NCBI GenBank assembly: GCA_002269645.1 | Contig: NIVC01001438.1 | Coordinates: forward strand, 62,001-126,000 | Origin: Macrostomum lignano | Lineage: Eukaryota | Direction: 5' to 3' | Length of the DNA: 64,000 nt | Part shown: piece by piece, positions 1-12,000 of the stretch | How the letters are laid out: every line of letters starts with the position of its first letter | Numbering within the stretch: the first letter of the stretch is position 1 | Notes under the pieces: model-generated | The model's database searches: none | Told to the model about the DNA's origin: nothing | Seen by the model: only the letters and a program-made list of their open reading frames with translations | Translations under genes and position numbers: made by a program

Positions 1-29
1 AGAAGCGGGAGCCGAAACCAGCAGCTGCA

Positions 30-3000
30 GTGACGAGAGGCGGCGAAGGAGAGGCACGAAAACCCGCGGAGGACATATCAGCGGCGACGAAGAAGGAGCG
101 CACTATGCTGGCTGAAGTCGTAAAGGAAACTGCGTTGAGGACGGTGCCGGTGATATTGGTGGCTGGTGAGCGCCAAGTTCGGATCAACGCGTTGCTTGAT
201 GATGCGAGTACGCGCACGTACCTCAATGCGGACGTAGCAGCAGAGCTGGGACTGGAAGGTAAACTTCAGCGCATAAACGTTAAGGTGCTCAACGGAGGAG
301 TCGAGTCGTTTGAAACAGCGCCTGTAGAGGTGACAGTCCGGAGTGTCGATGCAGCGTTTGAGACAAAAATTGTTGCTTTCACAGCGGAGAAAGTAACCGG
401 CGGAATGAAGGCAGTTGATTGGAGTCAACTGGCGGAGCACTGGGCGCATCTGAGAGGCATTCCGTTTGAGTCAACATCAAGCCGGAAGACGGTTGACATG
501 CTTATCGGTGTCGACAATGCCGAGATGCATCTGGCTTGCAAAGAAGTCTGTGGAATGCCAGGGGAACCAATAGCTCGACTGACTCCTATTGGATGGACCT
601 GCATCGGGCAGTTAGGTTCGGATGAGGGAAGCAGCAAGAGCGGGGAATCGTTCCTCTGCCACGAGTGTCAAGATCAGGTCGACAGTCAGGTTCGAAGGTT
701 GTGGGCGATCGAGGAAGTTCCTGATGTAGCTGAGCTGAACCGCGAAAGAGGGACGTTAACTGCGGATGAGCAGCATGCTGTGGCGGTAGTCAAGGAGTCG
801 ATGTCGGTGGTGGAAGGAAGATATCAGGTAGCCATTCCATGGAAGTCTCAAAATCGTGCTCTGCCGAGCAATCGTGAAGCTGCGGAACGCAGACTGATCA
901 GCACGGAGAAGCGACTGCAGAGGAGTGAAGGATTGCCAAAAGCGTATCAGGGGTGTTGGAAGGCCAGTTGGAAAAAGGTTATCTCAAGAAGGTCGAAGAC
1001 AGCAGTGAGCTTCAAAACACCGAATGGTACCTGCCGCATTTTCCGGTAATCAGAGAAGACAAGGACACCACCAAAGTCCGTATCGTGTTTGACGCTTCCG
1101 CGCGCTGCCAAGGAGTGAGTCTCAATGACGTCATCCTTCCAGGACCGAAGCTTCAGAACGACCTATTTCAAGTGCTCCTTCGATTCCGTCGCGGTCCAGT
1201 GGCAATCGTTTGCGACATTGAAGAGATGTACCTTAGAATTCGCCTCAAGCCAGAAGATCGGCGCTACTTTCGATTTTTGTGGCGAGACAGGAACGAAACG
1301 GGCAAACCTGAGGTATTCGAGTTTCAGAGTGTCGTTTTTGGAGTTAATTGTTCGCCGTTTCTTGCTCAGTTCGTGTCGCAGGAGCATGCTAGGAGTCATC
1401 AGGAAACTTTTCCAAGAGCGTCAGAAACCATTCTGAAGTCGACCTACATGGACGACAGTTTGGACTCGGTGAACAGCGTCCATGAAGCTATCCAGTTGCG
1501 CCGCGAACTGACAGCTCTGTGGGAAAAAGCCGGCATGCGTGCGAGAAAATGGATGTCGAACGCGTCTGAGGTGTTGGAGACAGTAGCTCCGGAGGATCGA
1601 GCGGTGAAAGCGCAGCACGTGCTTCGTGGAGAAATGGCGACGTCGAAGGCGTTGGGAGTGACTTGGACAGCCAATGATGATATGCTCGCGATCACGGGAA
1701 ATGCAGGTGCGAAGGAAGTGTCCGTTGAGTCGAAACGACAGCTGCTCAAGCGCGTTGCGATGGTGTTCGACCCATGCGGGTTTCTGAGTCCATTTACAAT
1801 TCGCGGGCGAATTCTTCTGCAGGAGATTTGGCAGAATGGAGCGGATTGGGATGAGCCCTTGGACCAGCAAGTTGCCGCGAAGGCTACGCAATGGGCAGCG
1901 GAGATTGAAGAGTTGAGCATGCTGAAAATTCCACGATGTCTATGGCCTGATCCTACCAAAAAGGCAGTGCTACACGTCTTTGTGGATGCATCTCAGGTGG
2001 CTTACGGCGCGGTAATCTATCTCAGGAGCGCCACAAGCCTGGACGAAATCTGTGTTCGTCTTGTAGCCGCAAAAGCACGTGTAGCTCCATTGGCAGCATG
2101 CAGCATCCCCAGACTCGAGCTCATGGCGGCGGTGCTTGGCGTGCGACTTGCCCAGACGGTGGCAGATGCGCTCGATTTAGACCTGAGAGAGTCGGTGTTC
2201 TGGAGTGACAGTGCAAATGTGCTCTGGTGGCTTCGAGGTCGCAGTAGAATTTTCAAGCCGTTCGTAGCAAATCGTGTTGCGTTCATTCAGGAGGCGGTGA
2301 AGACTTGTCAGTGGCGTCACGTGCCGACCGATCTGAACCCCGCTGATGCCGTATCGCGAGGCTGTAGCGCCAAAGACCTTTGCCAATCAGCGGTCTGGAG
2401 CGCGGGACCAGAGTTTCTGCTGCTAGATGAGGATGGCTGGCCGGCAAGGCTAGTTCCGACATCGGTTGACGGAGATCAAGAAGTTCGGCGAGAGGCGAGC
2501 AAGAGTAGTAAATCGGCGGCCGTAACTCTGTTGTCGAACGACACCACAGACAACGATTGTCGTTTGAATCCAGAGCGATTTTCGAGCTACCGCAGGCTGC
2601 GTAGCGTGACAGCATGGGTTCAGCGCTTCATCAGTAATTGCCGACTTCCACGAGATGAGAGACGACTTGGTGACCTCGAGGTCGAGGAGCTGCAAGAAGC
2701 TGAGGATCGAATCCTACGCGTGGCTCAGGAAGAAGCTTTCAAAGCAGAAGTTCAGCAGGTGCGTAGGGGAAAGCCAGTCTTCTCCAGCAGTCAGCTTCGC
2801 TGTCTCCAACCATTTCTTGATGAAGACGGACTGCTGCGAGTGGACGGAAGACTGAAGTTCGACCAGAATCTGTCATATCAGTCCAAGCATCCGGTCATTC
2901 TGCCGAGGCGAAGTTGGGTCACGAAGTTGTTGGTGAAGCACTATCACGAAGATCAAGGACATGGCGGAACAAACCAGACGCTGGCAGCGATGTCGACGAA

Positions 3001-4035
3001 GTTTTGGGTGATCGGTGGGCGCGAAGCCATTCGAGAATGGGAGAAGGAGTGCGCGCGATGCAGAAGGCAAAAAGCAGGACCGGAGGTGCAGCAGATGGCG
3101 CCGCTGCCAGAGGCCAGGCTGAAGAACTCTCTCCGAGCGTTCAGCTTTGTGGCAGTCGACTTCGGTGGTCCGTTTGAAACGGTACAAGGACGCGGAAGAC
3201 GGCGAACGAAGAGGTATTTGGCCCTGTTCACCTGTTTGGAGACGAGAGCCGTGCACCTAGAGATGGCGTATAGCTTGGATTCTGACTCGTTTCTGAATGC
3301 TTTCGCGCGCATGATCAACCGTAGAGGCCGGCCACTCGAAGTTTACTCGGACAACGGCGGCAACTTTGTCAAAGGCGAGCGAGAACTACGAGAATTCGAA
3401 AACGAGCAGCAGAACAAAATCCAGAGAGCGGCAGCTGAGCGCGGCATCAAGTGGCGCTTCCAGCCTCCGTCGGCGCCCCATTTCGGCGGCGCCCACGAAG
3501 TTATGGTTCGCGCCGCTAAGCGAGCTGTGCGCGCCATCCTTAGCAACGCTGACATCACCGACGAAGAGCTGCATTCCGCCTTCACAGGTGCGGAAGCGCT
3601 CATCAATTCCAGGCCGCTGACATACCAAACCGCAAGCCCAAAGGACGACACGCCGTTGACGCCAAACCATTTCTTGCATGGACAGCTGGGTGGTGACTTT
3701 GCTACGGAAGTCTCGACCGAGGTCAGCCGCGACCCGCGCCGGCGGTGGCGACGTGTCCAAGAGCTGGTGCGGCACTTCTGGCACCGATGGCTGCGTGAGT
3801 GGGTGCCAAGACTCAACGCCAGATCCAAGTGGGTCAAGGAGCAGCCGGATCTCGCCGTCGGCGACATCGTCTTGGCGCTACGAGCGGATGCGCCTCGAGG
3901 ACACTGGCCGCTCGGCGAGTTCTCGAGGTATTTCCTGGACGAGACGGCCATGTGCGCGTGGCCAAGGTGCGGACTGGCGGTGGGACAGTGCTGCGACCCG
4001 TGACGAAGTTGTGTGTGCTGCAGCGAGGTGAATAG
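30..4035 (+). mobile_element. BEL/Pao LTR retrotransposon pol (protease, RT, RNase H, integrase, C-terminal domain); gag and 5' LTR lie outside the window
   Basis: Motifs: LLDDAS aspartic protease, KVRIVFDAS, YMDD (RT), LHVFVDAS and IPRLELMAA (Pao-type RNase H), HGG..C..C zinc finger, DFGGP/SDNGGNF/GGAHE integrase, LTPNHFL, WPLGRV..FPGRDG.VR. Two 1-bp frameshifts (~951, ~3914) join ORFs 30-1049, 953-4003 and 3799-4035. Confidence 0.96.
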
Positions 4036-4629
4036 TGACTGTTGACTTATTGCTAAACAAAACTTTTCAAATATGTAGTTTTTTGACGGCTAGTTTATGG
4101 TGTTTGGAATTATTTATCTTTTTCGTGTCATTATTTGCCGTTTTTTGCTCCTAATAGCTGAAGTGGTGATGGATTGCTTATTTTTGCGTATTTTGTGTTT
4201 TTTTATTCTGAGTAAAAAGGCCTGTTGCTTGCTTGAATGCGAGTTCTTTTGGCAGTTTTTGTGCTTTGATATTTTTCATATGTTTACAGTAGGGATTATT
4301 TAAGTTTTCAAGACATTTTTCATCCCGTGTTATTTCACTAATTATCGTTTGAGCATCTTTGAGTTCGTTTGTGTTCGTTTCTTAGCAGAGATTTTTTGTG
4401 TTGGCTAGCGATTGCAAAGGTTTATATTTGGCACACTATCTTTTGATCCCAATTGACACTTCACATTGCATGCGTTCTTAATGTTAATTTCTGATTTCGC
4501 GCGATTTATTTTTTTGGTTACAGGAGTTTACTGTTTTTTCGAATTATGCTTGCAACCGTTTCAATTAATTGCACGTAAGTTTCAAGGAGGCAATTTTTTT
4601 TTCTGCTTTTTTGCTGATTGGCCCCAATC

Positions 4630-4660
4630 AGGAAGGGGGGAATGTTCTGGAGGTTCATTT
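4630..4660 (+). mobile_element. Polypurine tract and probable start of the BEL/Pao 3' LTR (TGTT at 4643); LTR end not resolved
   Basis: AGGAAGGGGGGAA is followed directly by TGTTCTGG, about 600 bp after the pol stop. Confidence 0.65.
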
Positions 4661-5080
4661 TTTGTCATATTTTGGGGGTTTTACTTATTTAATTGTACAT
4701 GTATTTGCTCTTTATTTAATGTACATGAGCCAACCCCCCTCGATTTGCTAACCCCACCCCACGTTAAATAATAATTAAAAAGGGCGTGATTTTTGGTCAG
4801 CGTGTTTTTTGCTAACTTGGTTGTTTTGCTTTGCCTGCGCGAGAACGCAGAGGTATTGAAGCCTACAAGCATCCGATTTTTGCCTACTTAGTTATTTTTC
4901 GGTTTCGAAGAGTTAGTCGATTTAACAATGCTTTTAAAATGTCCTGTTAAAAGAAAAAAACTCAGCGACCACATATTTATAAATAAGCTATAGATCAGGA
5001 GTCAGGCTAACTTTATTACCTCTAGGGCCAGATAAAGAATTCAGCTCATGGCTGCGGGCCAGATGAGAATGGAATAGAAT

Positions 5081-5280
5081 ATGAGAAATAAGAGAAGAGA
5101 GGAGAGGAGAGACGAGAGATTTGATGAGAGAAGAGATAGAAGAGAAGATATGTGAAGAGAGGACAGAGGAAAGAGGAGAGAGAAGACGAAAGACGGGGAT
5201 AGAAGAGAGAGAGGAAAGGAGATTGATTAGGCGAGGGGAGAGAAGAGAGAGGAGAGAAGATAAAAAGAGCTGAGAAGAGA
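5081..5280. repeat. GA-rich low-complexity tract
   Basis: Runs such as agagaagagaggagaggagagac. Confidence 0.8.
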
Positions 5281-5927
5281 CGCAAGCCGGATTGCTATTG
5301 TGAAGTCTCAAAGAACTCGACGGCCGGATAGAAAGGCCTTTCTCGGGCCGCATTTGGTTGGCCGGAGTTTTCCAACCCCAGTGTAATATAGAGTCGAATA
5401 GACTATTCCTGATATTATAAAACTTGATACAAGCGAAGTCTAGCAAATAAGGATTCAGTTTAGGCATTGTTTGTGGTGATCTCTAATATCAGTTCGAATT
5501 GCTGCTATTGGAAATTGAGAAGCCACTGAGAATTGGGCAGCAAATTTTCCATGACAATTTTACTCGTAAAAGGTGTTTTATAAAACTGAAGAAGAAATTG
5601 GTTCTTAAGAAAATGTGCTTTTAATTGGATTTGCATGAACAACTTTTTACTCCTTGCTAATTGGGCGCCCCGAAGGGGGGCACTAGATTGCTAGTCAGAT
5701 ATACTAAAAATGAAAACTAAATCTTAAAAAATCTTCACCAAAATTCTCCTTGTAACTGACGGTACGTGTATTTCTTAAACTACTTGCATATGCAGTCACC
5801 GAGTCACTAATTCTAAGAAATGATAAAATAACATTAAAAGAACGAAAAATTTCTGTTTCTCATATCAGTAAAAGTTAAAGCTGTTAATCACAATTGTTTC
5901 TTAATTAGTTCAATAAGATCCAATGCT

Positions 5928-6061
5928 TCATCCAGTCGATGAGTCTACCAGCACCTCGACAGGGTCTCTCGCTCTCAGGCCGAAAACAATGGCCAGCACA
6001 ATTATCACGATTAGGACCACAGCACCAACCACGGATAGTGAGATGATCAGCGCTTGGTTGG
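5928..6061 (-). CDS. Mucin last exon: transmembrane helix and 15-aa cytoplasmic tail
   Basis: [43 protein letters not shown]-stop; acceptor ttacccgcag|CC. Confidence 0.9.
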
Positions 6062-9000
6062 CTGCGGGTAAGTTTTGTGAATCCGCGATTGTTTTAACAT
6101 TTAAGTGTCCATATGGACAAGAACAACAGTGAGTCCTTATTTTCCTCTTGCGAGGGCTGTGACCACCCTAGCGCAACGCCTTCGGCGACATCGCTAACGG
6201 CAATTCTGCCCATTCCGCTGACTCCTGAGCATATGCAAGCGCGCCAATACTGTACGCAGGCACACACTCATACACACGCTCACACAGGGTGTACAGCGGC
6301 CCTGACTTTCTAATCGTCAAGCATGTACACTCTCTGTGCCTTGGGGTTGGCCCTCATGAGTTGTGAATCGCGCGAAACCCCGCCTGAACAGTTTACATGC
6401 ACAACCCCAAATGAATTTTTTGGGTTCTGTGGCGCGAGAGTCAGACGCATGCACCGCTGAGCTGCTCTGCTACATGTACTCCGTACAGTAAAAAGATGTC
6501 AGTACTCCACGCTTATTTTACGCTAATGTGGGATTAGTAGTCACCTGATGAGATTTGTACGCGGGTTAAATGTATGAGCTACATTGGGGGAGCAACTACG
6601 CTCGTAGAACAATCAACGAAAAATGATCGCAATTTTGTCTGGATGAAAGTATAAATACAATAAACTAAGTATTTGTTTTGCTCTTCAAAGCATTGAGACA
6701 ATGACAGTGACCCGAGCCAGAAAAGCACTCACTTGATTCGGTGGTACTCGGTTCCGTAGTGGCGCTGTCGCTGGCGCTATCACTCACAGTGAGTATCTGC
6801 ACGCACTCCCCGTTCACCTTGATCTTGTTCATTGGGCACTGGCACGAATATTTGCCAATTGTGTTCACGCAAACGTAGCTGTGGCCGCAGGGATTGGCTG
6901 TCTTGCACTCGTCAATGTCCTGCGAAATCGGAGATTCAGAAGAGAACAACTCTAGTGAATAACTAATTCGTCTCATCCATCATTCCTGGATTTATTAAAT
7001 TATTTTCAGCTGGTTGTCTCGAACTAGGCTTTGGTTTGAGTATTTACCAACGAACGACTCGAGTCTAGATCTGGATTTAGGCCTCGAGATTTTTAGTATT
7101 AGTAAACTACGAATTCGAAATAATTGCATCTCGTTCGTATGGGAGGGTAATTGGTCTGCGAGTTTCAATCTGGTTATTGATACCCTACCCACCTGAATAT
7201 CCAATTGTCTGGTTATCTAATTCTCAGATTACCTGATACCTAGTTGAACTGGAAGGCCCCGGGCCCCGCACAAAATGGCGTGGTGAACTATCTGTGCAGT
7301 ATGAATCTGGTTTGGCCTCTTTCCCAGCCACCAATGCTCACATCTGCCTCCTCTGGCGGGCTGATAGCTCAAGAGACTTCATTTCCTGCCTTTCACCTTG
7401 CAAGGCGCACTTCGAAGGGTACTCGTCCCGGTGGGTGTTAAGGCTGATTCGTTGGCGCCGAGATCCTGGACCTGATGTGACCATAAACTCACCCTCTAAG
7501 GTCCCAGTGTAACTATGTGCTGATGGACGCTTGGCCAAGAAGTAGTCCGGTCGCTAACGGTTCCCCTTGGGCTTTTGGGTCCCCCACAGGGTGTTATTTC
7601 TTGAGAACCTGCCGCTTGGTTTGGGGTTGCGGCCTTGCGGCTCTCTGCCTGTGTTCTGCGGGAAGTCCCCCTTTTTACTTCCAGCCAGTGGCTTCTGGGA
7701 AGTCTTTGGTCACCAGGGGCGGTCCCCTCCGCCTCCTCGCTGCATCGACCGGACGATGCCCCCTGCAGCTAAGCTAAGTTAATTGCTACCACAAAGACGT
7801 TTGCATCGAATAGCTACCATGAAAATTTGTAAATTTGTATATTAACACCTTTGAATCAATTCCTCCAAGAAATAATATTTCTGAGCCAGCGGTTTGGAGC
7901 GCTAAAATTCCAATGATCCAATGATGATGCCCACCAGTAACAATGGTCCACTAACCTGACATTCGTAGAGTGCATTAAGTTCAAAGCCAGCCAGCGGACA
8001 TTGGCACGTGTAGGAGCCGTTCGTATTCACGCATGTTTGATTCTGATCGCTGCGGCATCGATGGTCCCCAGTGAGGCACTCGTTGATGTCTTCGCAAAGA
8101 CTTGTGTTGCTTGGCGACACCTGGAAGCCAGGCGTAGTGCAGTTGCAGCGATATCCGGGAGCCAGGTTGGTGCACTGTTCCTGGCAGATACCAGGAGTCT
8201 CAAGGCATTCGTTCGTATCTGTGAAATTGAAAAATTATGTTCTCATGAAACTTAAAACCAAGCAAGAATATTAACGAAAAACAGAGCGGCAAGATCATAG
8301 ATCCAGAAACAATTTTCAAGTTGTTTTATTTTTTTCGACCCTTGTTTTTTACTTTGAAAACCTATAAGTACAGAAATTGTTCAAGTCCTCCAGTTTTAGG
8401 AGCAAAATATCGTCTGAAATTATTTACGCAAGCACACAAGAGGATTGCCGAAGAAATTCACCTTCGCACACCCGTCCATCGCCCACCATCCCTTCCGGGC
8501 AGCTATCGCAGTAGTAGCTGCCGTTGCTGTACATGTGACACATGCTAATGTTGTAGCATGGACTAGGCTGCGCCGAACATGGCGACACATCGCACCTGTC
8601 GCCTTGGTAACCGCTGGGGCAGCTGCACTGGGCTCTGTAGAAATTCTCTGAAATTCGTTGTTAGAGCGCTTCGGCTTGTAGGGGTGGAGAGTTAAATTTT
8701 GTTTAGCTGGAGGGTGAGAATCAAGGAAAAGTCCTGATACCTCCTACAATCGTCTCCCCGGATGTGTAGTTGAAACTGTGCGTGGCTCCGTTTTCGCAGT
8801 CAACATAGAGAACAATCGGTGTCCACGATGACGGCGCTCCCAGTGAGTCAGTGGCCACGATGGTCAGGTTAAATGAGCTGATGTTAATAGCCACTTCCCA
8901 GACGAGGATGTTATCAACAAGCCAAACTGAAGTGTCATTTACGGGCTGCAGGATACTCAGCGTCATCGGATTTCCATCCCTGTCAGTCACATTGATGCTC

Positions 9001-12000
9001 ATGTTAAAGGTTGTCGCTGAGTAGACTGTGATGTTAGATGGCATGTTGAACTCGGGAGCAGTGTTTGAAGCCACCGCTTTGGCCGACACCTCCTGGCTGA
9101 CCGCTAGCGATGCCTCCTTTGCGGCGTCAAGAGACTGAAGCTGCGCGGCGTCGTACATACAGCTGAGGTAGATGGACTGTTCCGTGTTCCAGCAAGTCTA
9201 CAAAAGCCAAATATGAATCAATATTTAAATAGTTCATAAGTCTTTACGATGTCCTGCAAGCCGTTTAAAAAACTACTCACGTCGTTTGCGGCCGTCATGA
9301 GCTCCGAGTTGTTGTAGAACAGAGACAGCAGGTTATCCTTATAGTCCTCGACGAAGACTGGTACGAATGACATGTTGCAGTAGTTGGCTCGAGTCACCCC
9401 AATTTCATATGGGAAGTGACTCGCATCGCCTGACTGCAGAGCCCAGCTCTGACCAAAGTGAAAAAGTTCACGCTCAGAACTGTCTCCAGGTAGAAGGGTG
9501 CCATTGCGCAGCTTGAAATCGTCTGTCTTGTTCCCATTGAAATTGCCCATGAGGCCTTCAACTCCGCTGGAATGTCGCTGCTGGTCCAGCTGCACCGAAG
9601 CCTGCAGCAGGCTGAGCACTCTGGTGACGGTCACAGAAAAGCCAGTGTCCGACTCGCTTATAGTAATGCTCTTGTTGTCGCTGGCATCTAGGCTATACCG
9701 CTCGATCACGGTAGAGTTCTCCTGACCGAAGAAGTACGTGAGAACACTGCCCAACAACTCGTCGTCCTTGTACACGTCAAGATCGTTTGAGGTCGTGTTG
9801 AGCAGCACAGCAATGGAGCAGTTGTTGGAGCCAGCCTTGAGTGCAAACCCAATAAAGACGGTAGCTGATGCGGTGATATTAGGGTTGAGCGACTTTGCTA
9901 GACCCGTTCGAGCCTGCAGCTCCAGCATCGGATAACTCTGGGAGCTATTTCTGATCATGTAGTATTCACACAGGCCGTTAAAAGAGTAGGTGGTACCATC
10001 AATAGTGCTAATGTGAGGATCTCCACGATTAAAGCCTGTCAATGCACAATTTTTAAACACCTGCATATTACGAACTTTTATAAGTCTAACAGAAAATAGC
10101 TTAGCTTTGCTTACCCCAAGCCGGTTCAGTGTAGTCTCGACTGTCGCACTTTGGTCGCAGCTTTGAAAACTTTCCAATCACCTTGCCGGCTCTACAAACA
10201 TCGTAGCCGAACGTTTCGTTTCTGAGCTGCTCGTCATACCTGTACCACCACCAGTAGTATTTGTTTGTCCTCTCCAGGATCATGCTGTGTCCCGCGCCCT
10301 GAACCGTGCTCCTGATCAAGGAGCCGCTCGCGCTCCTGTCAAACATGACGTTGCGCAACAGCCAGCGCATGGTCCACAAGGAGTAGCCGGCATCGCAGTA
10401 GTCCACAAGCTGGCCGTCCTTCCTCCAATGAACTTTCAGCCTGTAGCAACACCTCGGCGCTGCATAGAACTGGCATCGCATGAAAAGGTTGCAGTACCAG
10501 CTCCACCACGGGTACGGGCAAGCCGGTGGGTTTGCAAAGTTCTGCACACACTCGTATCTGCCCCGGAAGCACATGTTGAGCTCATAGTTACCCTTCGAGT
10601 TTTTATTGTTCTGATCGCAGGAGTACTCATAAGGTGAGTAGCGCCAGTCCAGTACCGCTTGACGCATGTCCCTCGGACAAGTGTGGCAGTTCAGCGTCGT
10701 TGTGAGAGGGCGGTTGCGTTCATTGTCCATCCATTTTTTGCATTTTAGCTTGTCGCTGGGAGGAATAGAGTCCGCCATCGTTCTTACGTGTCGACCAACC
10801 TTTCCAACATTGCCCTCTATCTTGTTGTCGGTGACTGAGTTTCTGCGCCACCAGTAGTAGCTGAATGGTAGCCTATCGAATTTCTGGTAGCCATCTGTGT
10901 AGCCTGCCGCAACATAAAAATACCACCAGCGCCATTCGCTCAGCTCAAACTGACCGTAGTTAAAAACGACAAACGAGTGAGTTTCGTTTCTGGTGACGAT
11001 CGCTTGGAAGCTGATGTGCTGCGAATGGTTTGTTGAGTTCGAATGTTTTTTACTAGTAGCTACACTTTTTGATACAAATTGTAAAGAAAATTTTAAATTA
11101 AACAAAAACACACGAAAGTACCTCTTGCTTCGGGTCGCAATACTTGCAGTAGTACTGCCCCCAGCTGAATCCACGCTGTCTGTAGTAGTAAGTGCAGTAG
11201 TAGCAATAGTAATAGTAGTAGCTGAATGGTTGCATCTTGTTCCAGGTGACGATGAGAGCATTTAACGGACGGTAAGTGGCGCCACCGCTGTAGCTGTTAA
11301 TGATTTCTACCACCTTTTTCCAGTTCTCCGTATTTCGGTGCCGCGAACTCTCCAGCAGTTCGTAGTAGACAGCTGAGTCTGAGTAGGCGAACGCGTACCG
11401 GTATGACCAATAGGGAAATACCATCGGCTTCACCAGGTACGTGTACCAAGTTGGCCAGTTTAGCTGATACGGCGGATCAGTGAACGACAAATATCCGTCC
11501 TTTGAGATCTGAATAGTTGTTGATAGGATCGCATTGGGAGATTGGTGGCTTCAAATGAGGAGCGGGTTTGCAGTAATTCAATGTCCAAATCATGTGGAAT
11601 TTACGCACCTTGCATACTGTACTTTCCTTCGACCCGATTACGAAAGGAACTTCAGTTTCAATAGTAACGTAGCTTACAGTGTAGTTATTAAAGTCGTAAG
11701 TAGTGAGTTTGGTGCTGTTCGCAGTTGAAAAGGTCATCAGTTCTGCCAGGTGATGGATGCCCCATGATTATTTTTCATTGATTCAATTAAATGTATATTC
11801 AAAATCCTAATCAACCATAAAAATCGCCAAGTATAATCTTACCAATACAAGAGTAGCCATCTCCATAGTAACCTGGGCGACACGCGCACGAAAACGAGCC
11901 CGGATTATTAGTGCAAATAGCGTTTGCGTCGCACGGAGAAGAGCTGCACTCGTCAATGTCTGCGGAAGATGGTGCATGGATTAGAGCTTAGATGATTAAT

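Noticed and set aside
4097-4771. Hydrophobic ORFs after BEL/Pao pol as a possible env gene
   Set aside because: Short, driven by T-rich composition, with no signal peptide, furin site or fusion motifs.
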